A DNA stretch of 64,000 nucleotides from Mesotaenium endlicherianum (lineage: Eukaryota): contig WELA01002119.1 of NCBI GenBank assembly GCA_009602735.1, forward strand, positions 190,196 through 254,195, written 5' to 3'. The notes beneath the pieces were generated by a model that was not told where the DNA came from, searched no databases, and was given only the letters and a program-made list of their open reading frames with translations. A program made the translations under genes and the position numbers. Shown piece by piece: positions 46,944 through 60,200 of this stretch (its first letter is position 1; every line of letters starts with the position of its first letter).

Positions 46944-48373
46944 ATGGAGCCTGGACCTGGGCTCGACCCCCCTGGATGCGCTGGTGAGGTTGCCGCACAA
47001 CCACAGGGTTCTCATGGAAATGCTAGGGAGGGGAGTGCAGCATGCACGGAATGTGGTAATTCAGCAAAGAAAGATTGTCAGTATCATCGCTGCAGAACCT
47101 GCTGTAAGGCCAGAGGCTTTTTATGCCCTACTCATATCAAGAGCACGTGGGTGCCAGCTGCCAAACGTAGAGAACGCCAAGCAGCAGAAGCAGAGGCCGC
47201 AGTTGCCACAGGAACTTTGCTTCCCGAAAAGAATAAGAGGCAGAAATCAACAGCTTCCTCCACTCCCAGCACCAGCACCAGTGGAGGGGGCATAGGTGTT
47301 GACGAGCTGGCTGTGGCCGCTCAGGCACATGGTGAGCCATCTCTTTTCTCTTTTCTCTTACACCATTTTCACTGTCGTGTCTGATATTATGGTAATACTG
47401 GTTGATTATTGCCCCATCAAGTATGCCAGGAGGAGGCTTTGTAACTGCTTGGCATAGCTTTTCTTCTATGTTTTGGGCTTGTGTACGCCGCCACTCTTTT
47501 CAAGCAAGCAAGCACTTTATAATATCTAACACAACAATACGTGCAACATTAGCAATTGAAAGCTTGATGCTCGTCCGCTTCGCCTAATGCAGTCCATGGC
47601 CTGGATGCCCATCCACCTTCCTGCTACAATTGTTGTTGTAGTACTTGCATTCCGTCTTGACACACCTTCCAAGAGCAGGTGAATGTCATTGCCTTTCTGG
47701 GGTCCTTACCACTTTGGGACATTTGTTAAATTATTCACTCTATTTCCTTGTGTCACATATTCAAGGAGCCCTCTCCTCTTATTAGGTCTATCTTTCCTCC
47801 ATGTGGGCTGGGATTCTTGTTGACCTTATTTTGTACAGGGCCTGCCTCAGCTTCTCCCTCGCTTCTTCTACAATCAGGAAGTGGAGTCAAGCAAACCTGT
47901 AGCTGGCACCAATCAATAATGAGGGAAGGGATGTTTCTTGCTTTGTGAGAACAGCAATCGCATCGAAGCTGCCCCTGCCTGCGGAAGTCACGGCACAGAC
48001 GCTCCTCAAGAGCGTGTGCCTCACGGGTGTGGAGGACGGCGTCTTTGAGTTCGGGTACCACGCCACTGTGAAAGTGGGCGGGCACATCTTCAAGGGTGTG
48101 CTGTACAACGCGGGGATCGACCCCAACAACCCGCCTGCGCACCCCCTGCAGCAGCAGCAGCTGCAGCTGCACCAGCCGCCCCCATCGCACCACAGCTCCA
48201 ACAACGGTGAGATGAGCGCCGTCGTGAGCATGAACTCCCGGCCCATCGCCAGCCTGGGCCTGCTCGACTCTGCGCTCTACGGCCCCTCCAGCAGCCTGAT
48301 GGGCGTCGACAGCAAAGTGCACGCGGTGCAGGACCTTTTTCACGGGCCATCGCTCGGCTCCCTGGGACTGTAG
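46944..48373 (+). CDS. SHI/STY (SRS/LRP1 family) RING-like zinc-finger transcription factor
   Basis: Exon 46944-47331 encodes [45 protein letters not shown]. Exon 47955-48373 encodes LPAEV and the IGGH-domain [11 protein letters not shown]. Phase-1 GT-AG intron. Start codon inferred. Confidence 0.92.
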
Positions 48374-50699
48374 TGGGCCCAATGGGCATGCTAGCTTAGC
48401 TGATTGGTCAGAGGCGGGGTGGATCCGAGGGGCACACCCACACGCCCTTCCCCTTCTCGAGTCCCGGTGGGGGGAGGCAGACCACAGGGCAGGACTCTGT
48501 TGTGCCCTTCTTTTTACTAGCAGGATGAGGCGGACAGGTGGCAGGCAGGGGGCTAGCATCTTCAGAGACTTTTTGTCTCTATGTCATATTGAGACTGGGT
48601 CGGTGCAGATTGTCTCGCGTGGCAGGGGTTCTGGATTTATTTTCTTTTGGGGGGGTGGGGGGGTAATGGTGGGAATGTAAGGGCCGTCGAGGGATAAGTG
48701 TGCATATCGGGTTAGGAGCGATTCCAGTCGGGGATGTAGGAGTGTAGGCCTTCCAGTGTCAACGTACATACTGCCTGAGGCATGTTGGAGCTCAAGCTAA
48801 AGAGGTGATGTGGGTTACATATTGTATTCTGGATTGTGTACAAAAGAAGGGTTGCCAGAGTTAGATATGTAGATTTTGGTTGTGAAAGAAGGGCAGTCGT
48901 TTGCCTGGAACAGCCGATAGAGTGTTGAGGGAGGTTGTTCCAGGACAAGCTTAGGTCTTTGCTGTCAGGAAGTCCTTGACCAGAATTGGGTGGACTGGCA
49001 TCTGTCACGTTCTGTTCTCTGAGGGGGCTGGTGATTTTGCGAGGAAAGCAACAGTTAAAAGTGTAGGAGTAACATGTAATATATACCCTCTGTTATTAGT
49101 CTGTGAATATGTTCTTGTCAAGCTTAGCCCCAATAAGTATCACTTCCTAGACACTTCTAGCTTATGGGCAGCTTCTGGGGCTCAGGTAGTACGTACACAT
49201 ATACATATACGGTAGAAATACAGGTGCAGGTTAGCCAGTACTTAAATTTCAGAAGGGAATAAAAATCATATTCAGGTAGTGCCTCTGAATTTTTGGTATG
49301 AATGAACTTTCCAGTTTTGATGAAAGTGTGGAGCAGCTTGGTTGATTTTCTTGATGCAATGCTCTTGTCTGGAATATGTCTCCTGAATATAATTCTTGTA
49401 GTCATTTGCGATGAATCCAATGTATAGGGTTTAGCAAGAGGGCACTTATGGATTAACTTGTAGGTTTCTCAAAGTTCTACGAGGAGAATGTGACTAGTTT
49501 GTAGCAGCTAGGACATGAAGCTTCTATGAAGATTTACTTTCATTACTTTGTTAGACTAGAGACAAGGCAATACACACGCAACGTAACACTTCAGTTGTCC
49601 ATGCCAAATACGTTGCAAAATAATACATATACATGATGCAGCCAGCTCCTTGTCTTTTAGACATGCAATGATTCTTACGCTTTAAGAATTAAGGGACAAT
49701 ATTAAAAGGGAGCGCTTGTAAATTTCTATGGTGCGACAGTTCGCAAGAAGTTTTCTGACTGTGGATTGCCAGAACAAGAGAAACAAACTGTATACAGTCA
49801 TAAAAAAACATATATATCTCGCTCTTTTTATTACTCAAATTTGTTGGAAGTTACAGACGTTTGTCATAATCTGGAATAGCCTTGAATTCATGCAAATGAA
49901 CAATTTGACAATTTGTGTCCAAATTGCCTGATTTCGAAAGAAAGAAGGTGATTGTAGAAAGAATAGTAGGAGTAGTAGTATGCTACAATTGCGCGTCATC
50001 TGTTCTTGTCTAGTCCTTTCCTACATGCTGCTACGCTTATCTGTACTTGACTAATTACAAAAACAATACAAAAGGTCAAGACAACTATATTCCAACTCCT
50101 ACCAACAGTCAGGATTGGCAACTGGACTCTTGCTGTGTTGAGGTTGTCTGTCGAATCGCCGCCGTTGGTTATTGCCAATCGACATAACATATTGCAACAC
50201 TAACAACAACAACCACACTATTGTGCATGGCTAAGACTATCGCTGGCACCAACTTCGTTGCCTGTCTCGTGCACCTCCTAGTGGAGTGGAGGGTTAGAGG
50301 GGTGGGTGGGTGGGTCTATGTAGCAGCTACCTTCCTGCTGCAATGAGGCTTCTTTGCAAAGAGAAGCCTTATGAGGGTTTCGTTTGTCGATGAGACACAA
50401 CACGTGTGAAATAGATCAAATTTGAACACTTGTCAAACTTTGGTTCGCGCAAACCTTCAATTTAACAGTACAGAGTTGTTTCTTGCATATTGACATGGTA
50501 TAAGTAAAATATATAAGTGGCATGAATGCTACGACCAAGAATTTGTTATACCTTGAACCACATTACGCAAATGAGTTTCTAAGCCGGCATACACAAAATA
50601 CAGGTCCCCATACATATGTTCAGGGCTTAATGAGAAGAACCACAAATGAGTAGACTTGCAGCTGTATACTTGCCTAATATTCACGACACTTGGGCCATT

Positions 50700-53600
50700 T
50701 CACATTTTATCGCTAAGATACGGCAAAGCAGTACAAGTAAGCTGTACTTTTTTTGGAGAAAGAGTAGATACATGTATGCAGTTTTTGTAAACAAACTGCT
50801 GGATTTCAACAAACAAACAGATGCCATGCTTCAAGGAATATGGTGAAAGCTCCCTCGACCTCTTCATTAGAATCAGTAAGTCTTCACAAGTACGACGCTC
50901 TACATCAGGAGTGCACACATGCCAAGCCAAGACTTCCTTGAAATTGCTCGGGTATCTATGCTTTACATAATCTGGAGCAGTGTGAAGTGAGTATCCTAGC
51001 TCTGCCTGTATTTCCAAATCAAAGTCCTGGAGTCCCTGGTGTACATTTTCAGAAAGGCCAAAATTGTCACCTAATTCATCAGGAGGTAAATCCGCAGATA
51101 CAACATCCTCCTCTCCCATCAAGTTGTTGACAATTGTACTTTCATTGTGATCTTCTCTTAACACTTCCGTTTCCAACCTTTCATGAGTTTCTTCGGCATC
51201 TCCAGACTGGTCACTGAGTACATTCACGCTTTCTGTTTTTGCTTCTACATGGTCAGAGTCAGCCTCCTCTCTGGTCAGAGCTTCACGCGTTACCCCATTG
51301 ATTGGCTCTACAACACCTTGGCTGCTCTGGATGCCTCCTCCATTACACCTTTGAGGATAATCAGCAAGCCTTTCCAACACCTCGTCGTGCCTGTTCTTTG
51401 AGTCCAGCAACTCAAAATGATCGTCAAACTCAAAGACGTCTTTTGCGTAACTCTGATCATTTTTCTTCATGAATGGTTGCATGAGGTAGCTCATGAAGCT
51501 GGGCATGCCCTTCCAAGGCTGACCCCTTTTGTGCGACTTCTGCCAAGATGCCAACAAGAGGACCAAGCACCGAACAACCAATATATGCACCCGGTAAGAG
51601 CGCTGGCTTAAATCTATCAGTTGCGACTAACAGTAACAATTGTTTCATCATGATGAGAGACAGTGAACGTCAGCAAAGAAGACTTACATGGATAGTCTGA
51701 GTCCGCCCACTTGGTTGTGCAGGAGTCCAACTTTTAGACGGTGATGTTTCCTCCCTGTGACTGGTACCTTGTGCAGTCTCAACTGCCAGGACATTTTCCA
51801 CAGCAGCAAGTCCTGTTGTCTTTGTCAACTTCTTGGTCACTACCTCTGCACTTTCCAGAATAATCTTAACTTCACGCTGGTCATCACCAACGGCAGCTGG
51901 CTCCTGCTCCCTTGCAATTTTGGTAGCAGATGGTTGCTCTAATACTTCATCATTCACGTCGTCCTTGTCATCCTTTATCATTGGAGCTGCAACCGGAGCT
52001 TCCCCGACTTCTACCCTTGCGGAACTCTCTACATGACTTATAGCAGCCCCTGCATCATGTACCTTTCCTTGGGTATTCGGACTGACATCGTGGCTACGAA
52101 TCTTCTGTACAAGTTCAGATGCTTCCTTTGGCAACATATGCCTTCCAGGATGTCCATAAGCATCGTCTGCTACAACTTCTTGAGCTTGCATGTCGCCTGA
52201 CAATTCCTTGGAGCTTAATCCCCCATTGACATCCTGCAAAGGTTCCCCTTTCGCCAGCTCGTCTCTTCTAGGCAGGTTTGGACAATCTTGATCCAACCTT
52301 AATCTGTTAACAATGGGCTCTTCCATAACCTCCTTCGCTACTTCTGCCAGACCTAATACTGGATCCTTTAAATGCAACCGAAAACCATCAACTGACGCCC
52401 CAGGTTCCTGTATACTGTGATCTTGAGGCTCCTTCAGAGAATCGGCGGAGGCAAGCTGTGCATCAGGATCTACAACTTCAGGCCACCACTCTTCGCAACC
52501 TTCCCCCCTCATTTTCGGTGCATCTGGGAGACCAGATTCAAGTTGTGGTTGGGTGATGGGCTGAGCACTAAAGGTAGCCCTGCAAGCAAAGGAAATCAAG
52601 TCATTTCTGCGTCATTAAAAAATGAACAGGTACTCAGCCAAGCCTGATATAGTCAACGAGGTGTCTGTAGCAATCAATCCCCTGCAAGGTAAAGAAAAAA
52701 GAGCTCAAATAGACATATCCTGCCACCAGAGACAAATGAACCACTTACTCTTCTTCAGGAGGCAGTCCACAGGGAGTATCTGGAATGGAAAGGGGCCTGT
52801 ACTCTGTTAATGATGAAGGCTGTCCATTTTCACAGATATCTTGTGGGCTGATTGGCGAGCCTTCGATTTTTCTGCGCTTTGCTGAAAGTGTTGGAGAAAC
52901 AGGCGGTGACCGTTCTTGCGACTTCATGAAATGATCTAATCCTCCATAGCCAGGTGACTGCCATCCAACTAGTACCAACTTAGAGTTGCAGCACAGCACT
53001 CTGAACAAACTACTGCATTTGGCATAGTCGGTGTTGCACAAAAGTATAAGTGCTGCAGGTCCAAGGTGGCCATTGGCTTTTCCCATCATGGAAAATACAG
53101 GTGATGCTCTTTAAGGAGGTCACTACTTACCTCGTTTACATCGCTGCTAGTGCAAGGCAAATGACCAGAATCTGCGGGGGAGCTTAATGGTGTGGGGCAG
53201 TGCTCTTGGTAATCATCAGGAGTCTCTTCATCTTGACGCCTGATATTACTACCTGGCACGTTACATCACACCAAGAGCAAACACAGATTACTCACAAGCT
53301 AGGCCAATAATAAGTATATAAGTTGCACACTATGCTGCACGGCAATGAGAACACGCTTAGCTGACTCTGAAGAAACACCATCATAACAGAACAGCTTGGC
53401 ATAGAAGCACAACCTGTTATCTTTGCGTAAAACTCCTCCTGAGAATGTGATAGCTTAGACGTCTCCACGATCTGCAATCCACCCCAGAAGAGTGAACAAG
53501 AATGCAGATTCGCTCATTCGTATATAGTGGAAGATAGTACCAACCGTGGCCTTTACTAGTCAAAACTCGGCTTCTGTCTATTTGCTGCAATGACTATATC

Positions 53601-54217
53601 TATGCTACGTGTAGCATGGCCATCTCATACATAAAGGTCCTATCATTTCTGCAGCATCCATCAAAATAACTTTAAGGTGCGCAAAGCTGAACTGCATGCG
53701 TTGCTTACCAGTCCGTAATCGCCTTCCATCTGTTCACAGCATTATATAGATAACCTTTTTCATCATCGTATACTGATTCTATTCCTTATTCTACAGAACT
53801 TTCAACTTTTCCAGAGATTCTTGATATTAAGTCGGCAATTTACTTGAGTGCAACCAAATTGACCAACGGAGTATCAGAACTTAGAGATTCTCACAACTGC
53901 ACCTCCTAGATGTCTAGGGTAAAGAATGTGACGTAAGCCTTGTCATATTTTGCTATTATCTTGTGCCTCAGCCTGCTTTAGCAACTTCTACAATGAAGGC
54001 CGTGGCTCTATATAGAGATTACGGACGCGTTTTAACTCCAGGAGACACCTTCATTAGCAAGCTCTAAAAACCGCTGCTTGCTAAGGTACCTCGAGGAGTC
54101 ACTTCGCGCTTCACAGGACGCGCGGTCTTTCACTTTCGCTTTTTGCCGATTTGGCCTGTCGTCATTTGTGACGTCGTTCGAGGTCTTGCCAACTGTGGCC
54201 GACACATTTTGGTGCAT
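50700..54217 (-). CDS. Unidentified spliced gene, large acidic disordered protein with a small globular C-terminal region; 3' end uncertain
   Basis: Phase-consistent exons 54217-54049, ~53252-53131, 52957-52749, 52681-~52633, 52579-51688, then a long exon overlapping ORF 50700-51590. NLS-like AKRRK. No family recognised. Confidence 0.55.
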
Positions 54218-54405
54218 TTTGGCACCCGTGGGCCGTGACCTCCCGTGAGTCGTTAGTCGTGACCCGGCCTACAATTTTCGAAAGTGCACTTATTGCAGGT
54301 AAATTTTATTTTTCTTTTGCAGATTATCTCAGTTCATTGCAAATTATGTATGACCAGAGTCAGCTTCCTTCAGTCATGGTTTTCCACGTTGTTAGTGGAG
54401 TCGTC

Positions 54406-54531
54406 CTCTTGCTCCTCTCCGTATGCTCGTGCCCCATGCGCGTCAAGGTCGTTGCCTGCAGGAGGAGGTGCTGCAGCAGCAGCAGACGGGGAAATTCAAA
54501 AATAAATGGCGGGATGGCGCTTTGGGACCCA
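54406..54531. repeat. 126-bp local duplication, copy 1
   Basis: Near-identical to 56597-56722. Confidence 0.9.
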
Positions 54532-55419
54532 CGTGGGAGGGCACCAATACATTGAAGTGTTTTGTGGTTGCATCTCAATACTTGCAGCGATGCTTGTGAG
54601 GCAACCCCTGGTGCACACATGTATTTTGGGAGGAATATTTAGTGTGTCAGACGTATCAGTATCATGATTCACAGGTGCAACTTTGCATCACAGTGCACAA
54701 TGTTGCATACACATACCACTTCAATCTCATCGCACATTACAAGGATGCATAAAGTAAAAACATCTCCTTTCTGGAAATTCTTTTGCACTAAGAATGAAGT
54801 GTCACAATGATGGCATAGGGGATTCCATGAGATTGAAAACGAGAGCAGAGATCCAGGCAGCAAAAATCTGAAACTGATGGACAATGCGCATGCCCATTGC
54901 AGAGCAACATCTGTCTGCCAATACTTGCTCATAGCTGTAATGCCAAACAAAATGTGCTCAATCTGATGAGCTCATCGACCAAACAATTAGCGTCAAGCCT
55001 AAAGAAAGCCTACAGTAAGAAGCTGGCTTATAGACGCTTCAACGAGCCTAACAGCTCTTTACCCTGCATAATGATTAGACTTCCACTGTATCTTTAGCTT
55101 CTTGAGAAAAAAAAAGAGGAGTGGAAGGAGTGCAAAAGGCAAGAGGCGGAGAAGATTGAATCTGCTATTGACACAATACGGACATAGCATTTTTGAAGGC
55201 ATCAGAACAATAAAAAAGCTATGAAGGAAGCAGCGGTGCACGTTAATTCACATGAACTACATATTGATGAATGAGTAAAAGTTATATTAAGTCTAAAAAA
55301 CTGCCTATCGTGCTATAGTCCTGCATATGGCCTACACCTAAGAGAAAAGAAAAACTCACTAATACTAGGAAGCTACAAAAAGTGGCACCATGGCTTTAAA
55401 TACGCAGCGTGTGGTTATC

Positions 55420-56628
55420 AGGCCTTGATCTCCAGCTACGGGTTTCACATAGCTCGCAATTGTCAAGAGCTAGAGCAAACGGCGCACTTGTATGTGAAGC
55501 TAGCAATAGGCATAGCCTTGGCAGGCATTGCATCGGATGTTCTCGTGTCCAGTACACAGTCTCTCACACGGATCGGTGTCGGAGCAGACCAGGCAATTGT
55601 GGCGGATATCACCATCCTTCATGTGGGCCCTGAAGCTGCATGTCACACAATCAGGGCTTGGCTACGTCTCTCAGGTACAAAGCGTCGACACACAGCCAGG
55701 AGAATGAGGTGTGAAACTCCCGTTTCAGAAACATCCTCAGAAACAGGCATGCACTTGCATACAGGCCACACTAGCGGTGATACTCTGAGCAAGCATAGAC
55801 AGATGAATACTTTAGCGGTACACGTAGTCATTACAAAAGAAGACTATCAAGCCCTAGCTCCATCACGCTGGGCACATATTACGATTACGCACGCTGCGCT
55901 CTTCCATCAATGCAAGCTGGAGTGCCTAGAGTGCTCATATTGAGCTCCGTGATAGAGCTTCAGTGCCCAACGCCATGGCCCACAGCCACCATCATCCGAG
56001 TTAGTTGGAGCGTGCAAGGTTCTTGTAGTCTAGCCGATTGATTATACCTGCTGCATGGATAGTGTAACGACGATTGCAATGGTACTCCACTTGACTTCTT
56101 CAGTTTTAAGAACGTCAGCACAGGTGCAACTCGAACAAACAGGAAGATACAAACACATTCACTCTAAAAACAGGCTAGGACCAGGAGCTGCCCTATGACA
56201 ACTGCAGACCTCGTGACAAAAAAGTGGGAAATATATTAGAGAATCCAGGCCTGATAAAACATGCAGGCGTCCAACATATTATTACCAGGCCAGGAGGATG
56301 GATAAAGGGTGAAGTTGGTGTAAAATGTACCTTTGCAAGTGTTTCTGTTGAAGTACGGGTAGGGAGCCATTGCACGGGTCTGCACTGAAGAAGAGCTGCG
56401 CCTCGCAAGAGAAACCACGCCTTGCAGCTCCGTGTGCGTGGCCGGGTCCCTCACACTCAATTCAGTGCAGACCCCTCGGCGACAGGAATGCGGCAGGTCC
56501 AACGCCTCGGAGGAGCACACATTGACAACGATCTTGAGGACTGCCATGAGCTTGTCATGCGATTTCGCCGCCCTCCTCCTCCTCCTCCTCCTATAGCTCT
56601 TGCTCCTCTCCGTCTGCTCATGCCCCAT
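55420..56628 (-). pseudogene. Probable spliced pseudogene with a Cys-rich exon
   Basis: Start MGHEQTERSK; exon after TGCAG reads FRAHMKDGDIRHNCLVCSDTDPCERLCTGHENIRCNACQGYAYC*; in-frame stops in several segments. Confidence 0.3.
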
Positions 56629-56722
56629 GCGCGTCGAGGTCGTTGCATGCAGGAGGAGGTGCTGCAGCAGCAGCAGACGGGTTAATTCAAAAATAAATGG
56701 CGGGATGGCGCTTTGGGACCCA
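56597..56722. repeat. 126-bp local duplication, copy 2
   Basis: Near-identical to 54406-54531. Confidence 0.9.
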
Positions 56723-57025
56723 TCCGACGCACGCTACAACTATATAGCTAGCTGGGTGCACGCTGCATGCATGGTGGCGTTACGATTGATTAAGCTATGA
56801 CCTTACTCGCATATTGATTATTGCAGCCATGAAACTCTCCCGCTTCAAATTGCTGTGGCGGAGGGTGTGCTGTGCGTAGAGTGACTGGCATGTGAGGTGG
56901 GAAAAAGGAAAAGGTTGTCGGACCCACTCCACACACGCGCGGGCGGTCGGTCAGACACGAGGCTGGCTAAAACAGCAACTTCGAAGAAGTCATTCGGTCC
57001 TGACTTGTCGGCAGATACGTCAGCC

Positions 57026-57107
57026 CGTGTTCGGCAGGATTCGAACCTGCGCGGGCGAAGCCCACATGATTTCTAGTCATGCCCGATAACCACTCCGGCA
57101 CGAACAC
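57026..57107 (-). tRNA. tRNA-Ser(AGA)
   Basis: GTGTTCGTGCCGGAGTGGTTATCGGGCATGACT-AGA-AATCATGTGGGCTTCGCCCGCGCAGGTTCGAATCCTGCCGAACACG: perfect acceptor stem, long variable arm, A and B boxes; plant cytosolic type. Confidence 0.97.
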
Positions 57108-57258
57108 CAGCTTGCATCATGTCTGACCAATGTCATAATCTACTATGTATTTTGCCTTTGGTCCATAGGACTCTTATTAAGTGATTGACACTCGTTCGCG
57201 CATCCTTTCAAATATTTAAATTAGCTTGGTGTCTTGGCGTTTAGGACTCCGGAATTCC

Positions 57259-60200
57259 ATGGCAGACTACGAGCATTCAACACAGAGGTTGCGCTGGCTT
57301 CTTGTCGCGCAAGATGTGGTGAGAAACTTATGCCGCTGTACTTGAACTTCATTTTTCAAAACTCGTCTAATTCGGAGTAAGGGTCGACGCGCATGAGAGT
57401 CGATGTAACTGATGGTATTCATTCTAGGAGAGAACAAATACGACCTATCTGTACTTTTTCCTGCCTGACTATGACTATCTTTGATTTCCTCCCCCTGCCG
57501 GCAGAAGCGGAGGAGGGAAACTTCTAATAGGAGGGCTGCTGAAGCGCTACGCAAGGTGAATATCATGCATCCAAATGGCATCGTAACACAAGAAAGTAAG
57601 AAACGAAGGGGAAGGCACTACTTGATTTTTTTTGTGTCATGCAGTTATTGAGTGTCTGCACGACTTCTACAGAGGTGCCACTTAGAATAAGTCCACTCTG
57701 TGAAGTGACTCTGCGTACACCTTTTCTGATGGCCGTTTCTCTGCAGTTTGGGACTACTACGGTGGAGGTTAAGGCAGATGGTTTAAGGGCACCAGACAAT
57801 GAAGCAGGTGAGATTCACTTGTCCACGCACGAATTTCTCAAGGGACCTGAGACGACCTCACAATGTGTTTTTCGTATGGTCAAGCTATTGCCCACTACTT
57901 ATGGAATTATAGTGATGGCAACTGAAATTTGCCCGTTCTTTCTTACAGCTGTCAAGCAAGGGGATCCATCTTCACCACTTCCTGAGCCACTCACCGTTGA
58001 CGAGGAGGTTCTCCTCTGCAAATATTTCGAAGTAAAGATCCAGGCGGTGTGCTCAGCATTCAACTTTCCCATCAAGATACAGGTGTGTTTCAAGCCTTTG
58101 TGAACTGGGTGTTGATTCTTCTCTGCCTGTCTCAGCTCTTCTTGCTGCAGCTTATTTGTCTCCATACAGATCACTTAATGCAGCCGGCATACCTCCGCAA
58201 GGGAGTGCGGGGTTGTGCCATGCGGGTTGATCACATTCATGGCATGGACTAGCAAGGGCCTCATTCTAAGTTTGTCGCGATAGAAGAACTAGTGATGAAC
58301 TGAGTTGACGAGGAGTCTCTAAGAAGGGGATCTTTTTTGTTCTGTCGGGGGGTAGGCGACTGCCATCACTTACTTCAAGAGGTTCTACCTTCACTGGTCT
58401 GTCATGGAGCACATGCCCAAGCATATCATGTAAGCAACGCCCCATTTGTTCACCGTACCAGGCGCCCCCTTCTGTTCATTGTCTAGTCATGATATTTGCT
58501 GCCTACTTTCCTCCACTACCTATCTGTCCCAGCCTATCCTCGTGCTTTTTTGGGGGCAGACAGCTGATCTAAAGCTTCATTCTGATCTCTATCACCCAAG
58601 TACAATCCAAGCTGTGTTACACAAATCCTTAAGACCAGTGTTGAACTTAGCCTTCACCTTTGCCTTACAGGTGTCACCCACCCCTGGCGTTGACGCCACC
58701 CCTGCCTTCGGGATTCTCTTGAAGGAACTTGAGATGCTGCTTCATCACATCTACATCCTCTGGTGCCAGAATGTCATAAACTGGAGAGAAAGGCCACCCC
58801 AGGTGCATGTTCCCTGAGGTCTTCCGGGGGCTCTCTGACTTCCTGGCAGCCATGTGTTGACTTTCTGACAGTGAGAAGGGGCACCCCCTTGTCCCTAGCT
58901 CAGCGCACACAGGAACACAACCTCTATGAAACATCGGATTGCACAACTGACGTCTCTTGCCTCCTCGATCTCCGTCTGCACGAGCCCTGGCAGGTTGACG
59001 TGCATCTACCTGGCATGCAAGGTGGAGGAGGTGTATGTGTCAGCGGAGGAGTTTGGCAAGGGCATCAACCAGGACCCGGAGCAAGTGCTCACCAACGAGC
59101 TCATGGTGCTGCAGGTACTCCCAGTGCTCCGTGTCCCCTCTGCCACTCATTTCACGCATCCTCTTGCAAATCCTCTCCCACTCGACTTGCGCATGTCGGC
59201 TGACGGCGGGTCTACCTCGGCCAATCCTCGTCGGCTTTGCCACGTCGTGCCTGCTGGCCCGCCCTGCTGACTCCACATCTGCCGTAGATGAGCCCTGGTG
59301 TCAGCACTGTTAGGAGTGTGCATGCATGCGTGCACGCATGTATGTGCATGCTGGCTTCCGGGGAGTCTCTGTGTCATTCATGGATGCCGCTACTGCTACC
59401 GCTGCTGCTGCTGCTGCTGCTGCTGCAAGGGTGGTTGGGATGGATGAACAGTTGCGCCTCACATTGATTCTTTGTGCACTTCATTTCCCTTGCCCGTGAA
59501 CTGATCTTGTCAGAGTGGTTGCTAGACTCGTAGGGTGCACTCAGCACACAGGGGAACTGCACACCCAAGCCTCAACGAGCCTCTCGAGCCTGACCCGAGC
59601 CTGACCCGAGCCTCCTTCTCACTTCAGAGCTCCAGCTCAGGGAGTAGAGCTTGTGTACCTGCATCAATGTGTGACGGCAACATCTTGATCTGCCCTCGTG
59701 CTTGCCCACCCGCGCCGCCGACCTGCACGTGCCAGCAGCTGGCTGTGGGGAAGCGGCGGCGAAGCACTCTCTGCTTTGCACACACCACGTTTACAAGATC
59801 ACAAGATGAGATGGAGCCACCGATGTGCTGACCCGCGCTCTCATTTGCGACCCGTTCCCTGTCATTGCTCCAGACGCTGCACTTTGACCTCATCACGTAT
59901 GCGCCCTACCGCGCTCTGGAGGGCTTCCTGATTGACATGCAGGTGTGTGCGCGCGCATCTCCCCAGCCCTGCTGCTTGTTATTCAAACGTAACCAAATCA
60001 GACGTAAATTCCAAATCAGACGTAAAATCCATGTCCAGTTCAGACGCCAATGGCGAGCGTCAACGGTGGTGTCAGGGAGCTTCCCGGAAGTCAGGGATGA
60101 ATGTGAATGCGAATGCAAGATGTGAGCACTGGGCCCTTCGTCCGCCCTCGTCGCCCGGGGTGGAGAATCTCTCCCAGTGCACCTCAACGGGTTGGAGTTG

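Noticed and set aside
47753..48559. 268-aa minus-strand ORF
   Set aside because: Antisense of the GC3-rich SHI/STY exon 2.
56465..56520. Ferredoxin-like motif DLPHSCRRGVCTE (minus strand)
   Set aside because: The third and fourth cluster cysteines are missing and the context is not ferredoxin-like; too short to call.
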